DNA of 64,000 bases from Octopus sinensis (lineage: Eukaryota): positions 65,100,001 to 65,164,000 of the forward strand of contig NC_043008.1 in the NCBI RefSeq assembly GCF_006345805.1. Direction: 5' to 3'. The position numbers and the translations under genes are program-made. Below the pieces are notes generated by a model. It did not search any database. It was not told where the DNA came from and saw only the letters and a program-made list of their open reading frames with translations. This document shows positions 25,833 to 39,620 of this stretch, in pieces. Each line of letters starts with the position of its first letter. The first letter of the stretch is position 1.

Positions 25833-26425
25833 ACATGTGTGTGTGTTTTCGTGCATGTGTGTATGTGTGATGTGTGTGTCGTTTAGAGATACTAATAACT
25901 TGATGTTAGAATACAATATAGATAAGCTTCCGAAGGAGGCATCAGTTGAGCACAGAGCAGTAATAAGAAATTCATTAAATGACGTGGGAATAGAAAAAGT
26001 ATCTCATGAACTTCAATCGCTTACAGACGTTTCTGCTGTGAGCTAATGAAGTAAATATAATTGCAATTCATTTAAAATCGAATTTTAATTTTATGGTGAA
26101 AGTGAACCCAAATCTATAGTGCAATATACTTGCCTGTAGACAAAAACTCTCTTTTCCCTGAAGTATATAAATTAACTTGAGAAATATACTCTAAATTTCG
26201 TGAAATTATCTGCCCTTATTATTGAGAATCGCTAATAATTACCAACGGGACTTTATTTCCTCTCGCTTACTCAAAGGAAATTTTATTAAATTAGGTAGTT
26301 ATTCAGCACATTACCTTATAACACAATTATCCAAGTTCATGCCCGTTGGATGTTTCTGTATATAAATGTATGCACCCACGATCACATTTATACGTACACA
26401 CACTCAAACCTATATTTGTATATTC

Positions 26426-26464
<39 letters not shown>

Positions 26465-26620
26465 CAGACACACACACGTACACACACACACACACACATA
26501 CACACAGACATTCACACATATGTATAATTGCAAAAGTATATATACATGGTTTTGGTGTGTATATATCTAAACATGCTTTTGTATATATATATTCTGGTAC
26601 ACACACATATATATATATAT

Positions 26621-26685
26621 AAATCCTTAAATCCTTAAAATGTTTTAGCCCGAAGGCCGCGGCCATGCTGGGGCACCACCGCTGC
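26621..26685 (-). mobile_element. 3-prime end of a CORE-type SINE (tail variant)
   Basis: The minus strand reads GCGGTGGTGCCCCAGCATGGCCGCGGCCTTCGGGCTAAAACATTTTAAGGATTTAAGGATTT, matching the CCCCAGCAT(A/G)GCCGC tail of the 25432 copy. Confidence 0.7.
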
Positions 26686-26727
26686 ACATATAGGCATATA
26701 TATATATATATATATTTGTTTGTGGTG

Positions 26728-26733
26728 TAGTAA

Positions 26734-26773
<40 letters not shown>

Positions 26774-26774
26774 T

Positions 26775-26830
<56 letters not shown>
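26728..26830. repeat. (TAG)n microsatellite
   Basis: Direct reading; it produces the poly-L and poly-T pseudo-ORFs. Confidence 0.95.
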
Positions 26831-26831
<1 letters not shown>

Positions 26832-27162
26832 TCAGCAGGAACGATATAAACAAACACTCCCATGTACAATTTTAGTTTATGTGAACAAAATATTCAATGA
26901 AGGAATTTGCTCAACTTTTGAACTAGTAATAGGGGTGAGCGAATTAAAGAAGAATGTAGAATGATGTAGCGAAAATATGCCACGTAAAGTCTACACAGAA
27001 AACCTTGCACAGCAGTTCTCACGTTATTGGTTATCCACTGAAGAACACAACTATTTCGGTACTTCCCATATATCAGTGTTTAAAATATGTGATGCTATCT
27101 ATGTAATGTCCCTGTTCTTTGACCTGCACTGTAGGAAATTTTTACCCCTGTCTTTTATACAG

Positions 27163-27204
27163 CCACCACCACAAACCTGATCTACCTACAACCACACCAC
27201 TCAG
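27163..27204 (+). other. Candidate 42-nt exon
   Basis: Acceptor CCCCTGTCTTTTATACAG and donor CAG|GTAGGT. Open in phases 1 and 2. No homology recognised. Confidence 0.35.
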
Positions 27205-27288
27205 GTAGGTATTTATATGGCTATAAAAAACAACTGAGGATTGTTTTGGATGTTAACATTTTATCTTTCACTAACATATCTCTGTCAG

Positions 27289-27293
27289 AATAG
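27289..27293 (+). other. Candidate 5-nt micro-exon (AATAG)
   Basis: Branch point CACTAAC (27269-27275), acceptor TCTCTGTCAG and donor AG|GTAAGC, with an 84-nt intron from the 42-nt candidate. Confidence 0.35.
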
Positions 27294-27869
27294 GTAAGCA
27301 TAGAATTCTAGCTATAACAATAATGACATCGAAAGCCTAAGGCTAGCACAAGGCACCGTAATACTCGTGCTGTTTACGATTCTCTAATCCCTTTATAGTC
27401 AAAGCATTTCCTATCGATATTCTTTATTTCTTGTACAAGTAACAATCAACTCATGAAAAGATCGTTTTCTTTCTTCTGTTAAATCAAGACATGCTGTAAT
27501 GCCTCATAGTTGAGCCTTTGCAGATATATATGTATTTGGGAATTTGAACGCTTAATTCATATTCACTCGCATCCTTAACCATGAGTTACATTCAAATGCC
27601 TAAGGAATGATTATCTTTCAGTTACGCTCCAGTGCTTTTTCATTCGCATCTTCTGGGCGACAAGCAACAAGATGCAGTTTAGTATTGATTCGCATTGTAT
27701 TCGACGTGGTGTATTCTATTTTTTGTATTTTCATGACATGTGGCTTAAATGTTCAACAATTAACGGTCAGATAAAACGTGAATTTCCCGTTAACAGGAAT
27801 ATTATAGTATATACACAAATGCACACCCTCAGGGGAGAATGTTTCAAATGTATTCAAGAATAAGAAAAC

Positions 27870-28725
27870 AGGCATTCCAAATGTTCAGACACTATAATGA
27901 CAAAATAAATTCACCCGACGGATCGAAGTGTTATCGATGATGACCCCGGAAGAGCAATGAAAGCCAGTGCCAAAAATCTTCAGATATCGGAGGAAATTAT
28001 CAGAATTGTGGAGCAGGATGACATTCGATAAATGTCGTATGTACTGAGAAGAAGCGAAGACATGTTTACAGAAACATAGAAAAATCGGACCAAACTGCAA
28101 CTTAACAAAGTCGAAAACTCTTGCGATAGTGACATGCTTTGTTTATCTCAGATAAAAAGAAACTTCACCAAGGTCAAAACTCTAACAAGAAACAGTAGGG
28201 CAGAACGATATTTCTGTGCATATCCTTCTGATGTTCTCTGAGTTGATGCACACTAATTTTCTTGCAAGTGTATAGTCGTAGCAGTGGCAAGCAATGAAGT
28301 TCATGTTTTGCCAACTCTGATGTCTCTAAAGGTATTTGAAGGAATGCTACTGCGTACGTAGTCGTGCTTGAGATAGTTGTTATGCTCAGGATGGCTAATG
28401 TATGCCGTGAAAGGTCATGCGTTTTTCAACATGTCTCACCTACTCACAAAGTCCACATAACTCCAGCATAGATGTCAGACGATATTTAATCGTGTGACAC
28501 CAATGTTGTGGTTTCCAAACCGCTAGATTTCAATCATACTATTGGAGCCTTGTTCGAAATGTGACTAACCAACATTCTCAAACTAATATAGCTTCCCAGA
28601 AGACCGCTGTTGTCAAGCAATTTCCGAAAGAAATACGCGCTATTTAGGGCAAGCATATCAAAGTTTCCGGTCCAGCAATGAAGTACTCATTAGAGCTGAT
28701 AGCAGACTCATAAAATAATCTTATT
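27870..28725 (+). mobile_element. Decayed Tc1/mariner (maT/DD37D-like) transposase
   Basis: IDDDPGRAMKASAKNLQISEEIIRIVEQDDIR*MSYVLRR (HTH region), an SDKK remnant of SDEK, VFQHVS as a remnant of VFQQDS, and a degenerate W...DFN...YW remnant of WPPNSPDLNPLDY. Confidence 0.8.
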
Positions 28726-31270
28726 AGAAAACGTATCGAAAATACACGCATAATTTTTAATTATAATATATTTGGTACTGCGTAGATTTGATTTATTTTA
28801 TCAAATTACAATATATCTTCAACTATCTCATGTACCCTGTATATTTGCCTTATAACGATCTACTGGTTCAACATGTTTCTATTAGCAGAAATCGTTCGAA
28901 ATTTTCCATATATGATACGTTGCGCTCGGTGTTGAATTCCATTCAATTTTCATTCGTTATTTTTATTCTTATTTTTAATCTTTAAAATTGGGCTTTCTAA
29001 TAAAGTTGATATGATTTGTAAAATTGCATATGCAAAATGTATTTTATCGGATATTACATTGTCCAATAACTCTTACTTAATGCTAGATAAATTTTTTTGA
29101 ATTTTTCTGCTGCAACTGTTTTACATATTTTATTCCCATTTTTTTTAAAAGTTAGCAAATTAAAATTAACTTCGATAGCTTCTGGTTACAGAGCCAATGA
29201 ATTTGCAAAACATTGTTATTATAATAAGGATCGCCATACTTCCTTGATAATATCAGTATATCGACAATTTAAACTGATCAAAACGTCGATTATCTTCGCA
29301 AACAGATTTATGGCTGAAATTTCAATTTAAGGCTTCGCGTTAGTGTTGGTATCAATAGTGAAATCCATCATCTTTTTTTGTGCCGTTAAAATAGAGAACG
29401 CTCCGCATACATTTTAATAGTGATTGATAAATTTATAAATTTAATAACCTTGAATTTAATTTAAGTGATTCTTTTTATCTGCCAAATATTTGCAATTTCT
29501 TCCCACATCTTACACCGATTAACATGACGCTTTGTGAGTATTTGATTTTCATTGTTCTCTTAACGGAATCACTTGAATGTCTGCCCATCTGAACATGATG
29601 TGTTTGCAATAATATTTACGTCTTTCATTACAAAATGAAATTTCAAAATTTTTATTAAAAGCACTATTAACAGTTAAAATATCTAAGAAAGAAAATGTAA
29701 ACCGCAAACAATCTTATTTCATGAAGTAAATCCAGTTAACTGATATTCAATTCTCACATGATTGAATATAAATTGTTTGGTTATTCCTTGAAATGGAATG
29801 CGTACTTTGAGTGTTTTGTATTTTGAAAAAAATCTCGTTTTGATATTACCGTTACGAGAAGAATGTCGTGATTCGAAGGAAATTGCTTCAATACTTGAAA
29901 GATGATCATATTTAAATTCGTTCTAGTTCGAAAAAGCTTGTATTGAAATCGAGCAAGTGATATAACAAACCCTGACCCAAACATTTAGTTATTATTCAAG
30001 ATGATTGTCAAAAAATGTAAAAGGCTTGCATTATCAATTTCCTTCACATTAATGTATAAACCCATAAATCAAATATTACAAAAGCTAAATAAAAGTTGGC
30101 CATGGCACATTTTATATTGGGATTCCACAACAGTGTGTGTCACCGTATAAACTATATAACAAGGACGAAATTCATTATTAGTATTACTTGTTTGAACCAG
30201 GACAGATTTTGAGAAGCAAACATTGCGATCAACGGCGTCATGTAGTGATCACCTATTCTTTAACCTTTTCACAGATATTGTATCTACGGCATCTGCTAGA
30301 GAGATATAATGGGTGACACATTTCATTTAGTACTGCAGCTCCTGAGTTTGTTCAACGATCTCAAAAGAAAGAAAGGCGAAGTTGATCTCGGCTGGGTCTG
30401 AACTCAGTTGTCACGGGGCGAAAAATATCACGATGCATCCTATCTGCTGATCAAATAACACTTCAAATCGATCTCCAATATGTTCAGACAGCAACTATAA
30501 AAATTATTGTATAAACAAAGCATTAGATGAATTTTTCCTTTCCAAAATCATGGTATCCATACCTATATGTTATCAAAAATTTATTGATACGTGCAATCCT
30601 CTGATATTTTAATACAACTAACATTGAAACAAAAATGTTTTGAGGGAAAAGTTTATTTATATAAAATTCATAAAATTAATTACTTAATATTTTGCAAAAG
30701 GTAAATAGCTATGATAATTATATGTATTTTAATAAAATTTTATTAAAAGAAATCAGGGTCTTTGAACATCACTTTGAGTAACAGAGGCTAATGTTTTAAT
30801 GTATTGTACAGACAACGGTATAAATTTGTTACTGTTTATATGTACTAGCTATTTCAGTGATCAAAGATAACAATTTTAAATATATGTACTACAAGTGCAA
30901 AAAGTTGGATTGCTGAAATCACTTGTGAAATTTGTTAAATGCTCTATACCTTCTGACTGTTACAGTAAGGACAGTCTATTTTACTACATGATCAACTGAA
31001 CACGGTAAAGTAGGTACCATTGAAGAACTGCGCTCGATATGACTCAGCAACCCCAAGAATACAATAATGTGTGTGTGTGTGCGTCAGAGACATTAGTTCT
31101 TTGTAACATAGCACGAAAATGTGTTCCGTGAAAATCCACTGTAGTAATGCATTACATTCCACTTGAAACATCTGGTACAAAGTTGATAACAACTACCGTC
31201 TAGAAACGCATGTGGGGGACAATTCATATAAACTTTAGTTTATTGTCACTTCTCATACACACACACACAA

Positions 31271-31321
<51 letters not shown>

Positions 31322-31679
31322 CATATGTAATTATATATAAGTATAAATATATATACATATATGTATATATTGATACATATATATATATATATATACAAAT
31401 ATAGATATTTTCTTGGAACAGTGACCCTATCTTGTAATTAAGCTGACATTTTTTAAACCTACAAAAAGAATTAGGGTTCGTATTTCCTTATTTTAACACC
31501 TGGTGTCTTTCCATTTCCTCTCTTTTTCTTTGGAGTGTTTGAGTTCTCTTTCAATCTCAAGCAATGTTTGCTTGAAATAGAGTTGTTCGCCACCCTTTAG
31601 TGGCTCATTTAGACGATTTGAGATCCTTGCTCGTCGATTCATTGGAATCTTCCTTTGTTTCTCTATCGAGGCATCATAC

Positions 31680-32300
31680 TGTCAGGCTGATTGCCCGGGC
31701 CAGCCTGGCTACCTCTCTCCATCCCATAGATCATTCCAGGTTTCCCATAAATGGGAATTATGTCTTTCTATCGGTGTGAGATTCTCTCTGGAGAAAACTT
31801 ACTGCATTTTCCGCGCATGGTTGTCATAAACTACTGTAGGCTTATGTTAATATCTTGCGTAGAGAGACTAGCTGATCAATTTTGTTCAATGGCTTCTTTC
31901 TAAATAACCATTCAATAAGCTTTCTGTAAATTCATACAGTAAAGTAGGCGTATCTATTAGCCTGCTCATTTGTTGTTTCCTACGGACCATACATTCTTAG
32001 ATCTATTAAGTTATAGTGACAGAAAATAGTGAGGGCCACCTTAAGCTGAGGGCCGTGTTTCTTGTGAAGCAGAAGTCCATAACATTTTTACACCTTGTTG
32101 GGTGGATCACTGTTTGTTCCATAAACAGCATGTTTTTGAGGTCTAGCAGAGACACTGCTTGCTTTTGTTAGTACAGTGACATACGTGAGCGAAGGCGGCC
32201 CTCAGAGCATCTACGTTGTCAATAATTTTTCCATCTGTTTGAGGCTCTATTCGAATGAATCCCACGATTTGGATCATATCTAGTAATTATTACCATTTTG
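31680..32300 (-). mobile_element. Highly decayed RTE-like LINE 3-prime fragment
   Basis: The minus strand has LRKIL and ends ...GWREVARLARAISLT followed by a short ATG repeat, resembling RTE C-termini. Only partially readable. Confidence 0.35.
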
Positions 32301-35300
32301 ATCTATTTCCTATATACTACCTGGCTGTCAGAATCTGAGTTTGAGCGTGGCAGCAGGTGTAGAGGGCTGATATCTGCCTGGATCCACCATGAGTTTTTGC
32401 TTCTGTCAGTTCGAAATACAACATACTTTGATACAGAATCTGACTTGTAAGCGCTCAGAAGTGTTTCTATTAATGCAATGTATATATGCATAAATCCATG
32501 TAGGTGTATAGGTGTGTGTGTGTGTGTGTTAATGTGAATGTGTGTGTATATAGGTGCGTTTGTGCGTGTTTGCGTATTGTAAAGTGAATGATTCGTAGAG
32601 AGTACGCGTGTTTTTGCTTCTAAAATGTGCGTTCGCGCACATCCCTGTATGTTAGAGAGTGCAATTGCAATAGTAATTATTAGTGATCAGGCTGAATCGT
32701 TAACACAACATAAAGATGGATGCGTAACGGTATTACTCCTGGATCTTGATTTCCTAAATTTAAATGCCATCGAAGTCAACATTTCCTGACATCATTTCGG
32801 GAATGCTAAATACGTATAAGTTAAACACGGAAGCCCATGGAATCGACTTACCCATTCCCACTGAGACTCTCAGATTTTAGGTCTTCTATTTACAAGATTA
32901 CAACATTCCATGTTCACGTTTCATCCTTCACAGTTTCAGTTTTGATATCTTTTCCATTTCTCTGTTGCTATTTAAAAGAACATCAGTAATATAAGGACAT
33001 CTCAATTATTCGCCGATATATGTTACATTTAGCAATATTCGCTAACGTCCAATTCAGTTAATATATAAGGAAGTTGCACATTTAAAAAACAGAAAAAAGT
33101 ATTCTCTACAGAGCATAACTTCATGAAAACTACTCGTACTTGCTATCAGATTATTATAACTAGAGGCAATTTTCCCAACGTATGTTGTACGATTAGATAA
33201 TTATCAATTTACGAGGTTTCTTCAAAATATTTGTCAAAATATTTGTCGAGATTATGCCAAAGATATTAGATATTTTGAAAAATTACAAAAAATTAACTAG
33301 ATATTTTTTGGAGATTAGCCTTTCCTTGTTGTGGAAATCCAAGAGGATACGAAAGTATAGAGGAAATAGTGTTTTCTGCATAAAAATAAACAACTTAAAG
33401 GAGATATTTTAGGGTAGGGGAATTTTCGCTTAAGTATGATATTGAGACAGATGGTGTTCACATTTATGGAGCTAATCGACTCAATGGATGACCTTATTAT
33501 GGTTACTTATCACCGCATCTCCCGCATGGTGACTGATCCACGTTATATAGCAACAACGTGGAATTATATACTTGGCTTGTTTTATTTATAGGTACATTTT
33601 ACAATGGCTTGTGTTCGTTTTACCAAATGTAAATTAATGCTAAATGAAGAATATTATACATGTATTGATGTCTTAAATTATGAAATCATTCTCTGAAGCA
33701 TCCACTGTCTCTTATTTAGAGACGTTTGGAGTATGTTATGCTTTTTGTTTTTGGCATTCATTGTCTTTTGCTTGATTTAAAAAATAAACATTTCTTTTCT
33801 TAATTTTTCTTCTAATATTTAGCCAATATAGTATTTTTTAATCTCTCATACAGACTGACAGTTTGACATATTTATCCAATTAAAAGAAACTGCAGAATTT
33901 CAAGCTTTTCTGGATATCTAATTAACTACTAAAAACAATTTATGATCTAAAACTATTTTAATAACAAACTTTATTTCACCAGATAATTTATCGTATCGTA
34001 GGAACTTCTTTTTCCTCATTCTCATATCGTCCTTCAGCAGTATCATTAAACAGAGTATTTTCACATTGTCCGTTGATCAAATTTCATTATTTCTTAAACA
34101 CAAATCATTCAAAAACATATTGTGATTTTGATATATATTTTTGCTTCCTAGATTATGGACTGGAATCACGTTACACTACAACTTCTAACTAATAATTCAG
34201 AGTTTAATTTTTATAATTATACGTTTTTAGAGCATGAGTAGATGATTATCAGGATTAGACGTTCGGGTCTCTATTACTGTGTATCTCGTTTGTAAAATTG
34301 CCATTACTCAAGGACAGCTGGAGTTTGTTTATATTGGATAGCAGAAATTGCCAAACAGTACCACGGAAAGTACTGTATAAGGCAAACAAATGTAAAGGCT
34401 ATCCAGATGTAAATATATACGTGATCGAAATAGCAATGAATTCTGTCGTGCTGATGATTCCCGAAGGTTTACAGTGTGAGACTTCTCTGTTGATATTTTA
34501 TTGCGTTAGTTATTCTCAGAATGGAAACATACCTCTAGCCGCAGGATAACATCGTTAGATATTTTGTTTCGAGAGATACGGGTAGCAGTATCACTGGAAT
34601 TCTAAGCTAGTGACCGAAGTGAAAGTAACTTCTATCTTATCAGAGTTACTTAGTTTCATATGCGGATTATACACTTCAAAACCTCGATCTACTTCACGTA
34701 GTATAAGTAGTTAATGTTGTCATGTATAACTCGAGAATGTATTTGATTCGACCCGATTGTTTTAATATTAGACTATATATGTATGTATTTAACTAATTTT
34801 GATTGTTTATATTCATGACTTTCCGAAATATTCAGGCCTTTGGTCAAAGTCAGTCAAGCCGTAACCATCGTGTCTTCTTAAGGCTTATAAGATTGATGAA
34901 TTTAATGTATTATTTCATTATTTATGATATCAATATGTAATACGAGCAATGGTATATATATACTGATTCAAACAGAACTTGTCCAAATTTCCTTCCATCA
35001 CAGTCCTTTTCTACAAGCCGTAATTTCATATCTCTACGATGTCACCTTTGCTATTCTTTGCTTTGGAATCAATAACAACTTAAGTTTCAGAAATAATGTG
35101 ATGTCAATTCAATTTAGTTTTCACATAGAAAAAAATCTATATTGAAGTGAAGAAAGCGAAATCAATATTGATTCAGTTTGAAATCCTCGTCGAATAGGAA
35201 AAGAGTTTTACTAATTCTATTTTCTGACCCAGTTTCCATTCTTCATTTTAGGAATGGAATGAAATGCATTTTCCATTTTTACTTTAAATTCGAAGTTTTC

Positions 35301-38300
35301 CGCCTCATATATTTCGACTCTGATCATCAGTTCATTGTAAAATTCTGAATCATGATGCATGACGAACACGCTACTTAATTTCTCCTAACAACAACCAATT
35401 TCCTATTGACTACATACCTGCCTTAATGTATAAGCAAAGATATTAAAATCACTGCGCGTCGTTACTTCTGATAAACTTCATATGCCTGAAACAAATATCG
35501 GCAAGTTCGATTTCTTCCTTCTTTACTCTAACTTTCATACATTTTAGTTATTCAATCTACAAGTCTAAGGACGTTCTATTTTTACAGTAAAATGAAGTAA
35601 ATATTTTTATGTTACGCTTAAAATGTGTCGATACATTTCACTATAACTATTCTCTTATCAGAAGGCTTTGTTGTTTCATCACATAGGCATCTGTAACCAA
35701 GTAAACTAAAACGATATAATGCATCATAAACAAAGCAACAAATGAAGATGTTTAGATTTAATAAATCTAACCATAAAACAACTGTTAATTGTTTTTACAC
35801 TTTCTATGTAAATCTAGTTTTAAATTGACACAAATTAAATGCTCCATTTTGTCACATATTAGGAATTTATTCTATTCATTTAGATAATGTTTTGTCTTTT
35901 TTTTTTTACTCGGAAGAAAAATTTTAATTAACTGATAATATTCAGCTAAATTCTTTTTTGTAGTAGTTCTATTGCTCCTGCCGTTGTCTCCATCGTGGTG
36001 GATGTTGCTATTGTTATAACTGAAGTCGTTTTCATGTTGCCGCTGTTTATCTCATTATATACTATTCACTACCAAAGGATGGCTTTGACGCAGAATTTTT
36101 AATTCTTGCAGTAAAGATAAAGAATTCAAATTTATTCCCCAAATTATGTACCCTTCACGTGATTTTTGAAATTTTATCTTATCATTAAAGACAAAGAGAA
36201 GAAGTCTATGGACTGTGAGGATCTTTGGAACATTGGACAAAAATGCTTACAGAATTCATTTAGTCTTTAATTTCTGTATCAGCTCCATCCGATGTCAACC
36301 TTATTTCTCATTTTTCTGGCTCTGATAGAAGGAAATTTTAGTTAAATATTGGAGAGAATAAAATTCAGTATCAATTCCCAAGAATTTTAAACCTTGTTTG
36401 TTTTTTAGTGTCCTTGGTTTTAAAATTTTGCTCGCATTTACATTAACGTTTATTAACATTTTTACAAAGAAGCGTGAAATTTTGCAATATAAATATGTAA
36501 TTGTAAAAGTATCTTGACATTTAGTCTGCTTACTTATTTAAGCACCAGTCTCAAATTTGCTTATATTTTTTTTCTGATAAGACAAAAAGAGGTTAATTTA
36601 ATGTGTACCTAAAACTCTTTTTACACTCTAACTGTGGGAATGAAAAAAATCAATAGGGATGTGCTGATACTGAATTGTTGTGTAATTTACTTTAGCATGT
36701 GCTTAATTCAATTCCGGCCATCTTCATATTTATTTTCCATGATTTGGGGGCTGCTAAAATATATATAACCTGAGACAAAATGAGTTCATATGTTGTTACT
36801 TGCCGAGTCTAGAGAAAGTGGTAGGGCTCATAACACTTGCAGGACTTTAGAGACTGGTAATGCTGATGCAGCTAGTGCTCCGTTTATATAGCTGCCGTTC
36901 AGCACGTGCAAAAAGAGGCATGAGCAGGAAGGACTTGCCAGAGGACCGAACTTCGAGGAGAAAAGGACTGGGCATATTGGTTAATACAGACTGCAGATAA
37001 TTGGACACAACAAGGGTGGCCAGTAGAAAGAATAGAGTGGATGGTGGCATCTGAGTTTTAAAGGTATATGATCAGCTAGCTGTGAGGATCAAAAGGCACA
37101 TTATAGTACGTAAGGTTTTTCTTTAATATCCACACTAGACAGAAAGAACTTTTACCCCATCGCCTGGCCTAATAGTCCAAAGGGTGAACTATACCAGTAA
37201 CAAGAGTTGACTTTACTAAACTATTTTGTCTAATCAACTCTAACGTTAGAAAACATTAATCACTAAAATAATGATTTACTTAAAGGAAAGCATTCAGAAA
37301 AAGATTTATCAACATTTTGTGTATTGAAATTGATGTTATGCAGTGATATCTCAGGGACTTAGTGTAGATGTCACGGAAAGTTATCATGATGATGTACAGT
37401 TCATTAGTAAACACAATGAACATTTAATAAATTGATCACTTACAAATTACCAAATACCTTAAATACATTCTAATTTTCAACGATTTTATTACCTTGCATG
37501 CTATCTTCAAATCATCTCAGACGTATATATTTGACAGACAATCATTTCAAGTTGATTAATCGGATCATTTATTTATGTCATCTGATAAGAGAATCTTATA
37601 GTCACCCATACACTTTAAAATACAATTTACCTCATTTATTTTATTATATTAAATAGATTATGATATAACTTTTGCTTGTAAACAATTCTTTTTTAATCAT
37701 TGTTTGCAACCAAAAAAGAATCTCCTTATGAGTTCATCTCAAGAATTGTAATGCGTTGTATTAATTTACTTTTGCCTTATATAAAGTAGTATGTTTATGT
37801 CATTAAGTATATATATTTGAATTTCTTGAGAATTGTAATTACTTTCCCTCCCTAACACCCCCTCTTCACGTATTACTCTCTGCTTGTCTGTCAATCTGTC
37901 TCTTTCTTTCTTTTCTTCTTCCTTTCTTTCTCTGTCTCCGTTCTCTCTCTCTCTATCTATATATCTGTTTGTCTATTTATTTACGTATCTACGTATCTTG
38001 AATAACTACTGAATGATGTTCGTAATATACGTGTTTACCTGCTTGAAAGGAAACAACATTTTAAGCTTTTAGTGTTGAGTTACTACTAATTCTGTAAAAG
38101 AATCGTATTAAAATTATTTCCATAGACCTGCGTATGATTTCAGCCCCCTCTCCGAATAATTCTCGAACTTTATTCTACAACTGTTTTGAACATAGTTCTG
38201 CACATCAACGGTAGGAAAATCTATGTAAGACCGAGAAACATCTCCTGCTAGCATTCTTCTAGCGCTTGCCGCTATAGGAAGACATATTATTTATTTATAT

Positions 38301-39499
38301 ATTCGCTGCCTTAAAATAAAATCGTTTCATTTTATCTTTCCACTTTATAATTTCTCTCACGTATTTCAATTCTGTTGTTTTTTATAAATATATATTTTAT
38401 TCAAATTTTATTTCTTACATTCACACATCTATTCGCTATCTCTTTTCAGCTTCATCTACCAAAATTCACTTATAAACAGGTAATTCAAACTGTCAATATG
38501 AGAAGCAATAAGCATGTTGTAAAGTCAGCGTCTTTTTCGAGTTGAGATAAAAAAAAATCTTGTTAAATGTTCAAAAATGGATATTATTGAAATACATTGT
38601 ATGCCACTAAATATTTAAAACCGTTTACGTGAGAGCTCGTACAATTCCATTATAGTGAAGTCTTGAAACCCATTCCCAAAAACATATATACTAGTTTATT
38701 AATAACAAATGACATCTAATTTTATAGTAAATACAACTGGAATATAACTGTAATATTCCTTCTAAATACATGATGTTTAATAAATTTCAGTAGTATCTTC
38801 GCATCATAAGCAAAATTATTTAATACTATCCCTCAAACTTCTAAGTTAACATTTCATAGTATATATGTTCTTCTCTGGAATTGATAAAGCGTGTGTCAAT
38901 TCTCGGATGAAAGAATTAATTTCAACCATTCTCTATAATATTCTAATGTGGTAATTCTTCTTTATTAAATGTTACATATATATTTACATTTTTAAATTTC
39001 ATAAGAAAACCCGGTTAAATTCAAAATATATATTTAAAAATACTGGCAAAATAAAAGAGGAATGGTTTGAGCTGATACATAACTGTAAACTTTGTAGAAT
39101 CACTTGATTTCGTGACATGAATGTGGGATGCCTTAATATTCAGTTTAGATATATGTAGATAGAAGTCCTGAAGAAAAAAATTTTAACTGGGAGACAATAC
39201 CACATAGAAGTTATGTTTCTCCGAAGAAATATATTTACTGCATGGCTCCAGATATAAGACAGAAAACGAATAAGGGAAATAATGGAAACGGGTGGATGAG
39301 GCAGTGTTATTGCAAAAAGAATATTATGAATTGCAAGACTTGAAATATATTTGTAATAAATAAAATTGAGATGTTTCTGTCAGGTGGTGTTTCTCGCAAG
39401 TAAGTTATTCAAAGCAACAATGGATGTTTCTCTTATGATAAAGCACCGACACACGCGCGCGTTATACATACATAAATTGTTGTAATGCTAATATTAGAA

Positions 39500-39620
39500 C
39501 GACGCTTTCATCCTTTCGGGGCCGATAAAGTAAGTACCAGTTGAGTACTGGGTTCGAAGCAATCGATTTACTCCTCCAACAAAATTGCTGGGTTTGTGCC
39601 AAAATCGGAAGTCAATATTA
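39500..39620 (+). mobile_element. 5-prime-truncated Nin/Deu-domain SINE
   Basis: CTTTCATCCTTTCGGGGCCGATAAAGTAAGTACCAGTTGAGTACTGGG matches the Nin-like domain of the other copies. Confidence 0.75.

Noticed and set aside
38450-38479. 30-nt plus-strand exon candidate
   Set aside because: The sequence resembles the reverse complement of the CORE-type SINE body (TTTCAG...CTACCAAA.TCAC); probably a SINE relic.
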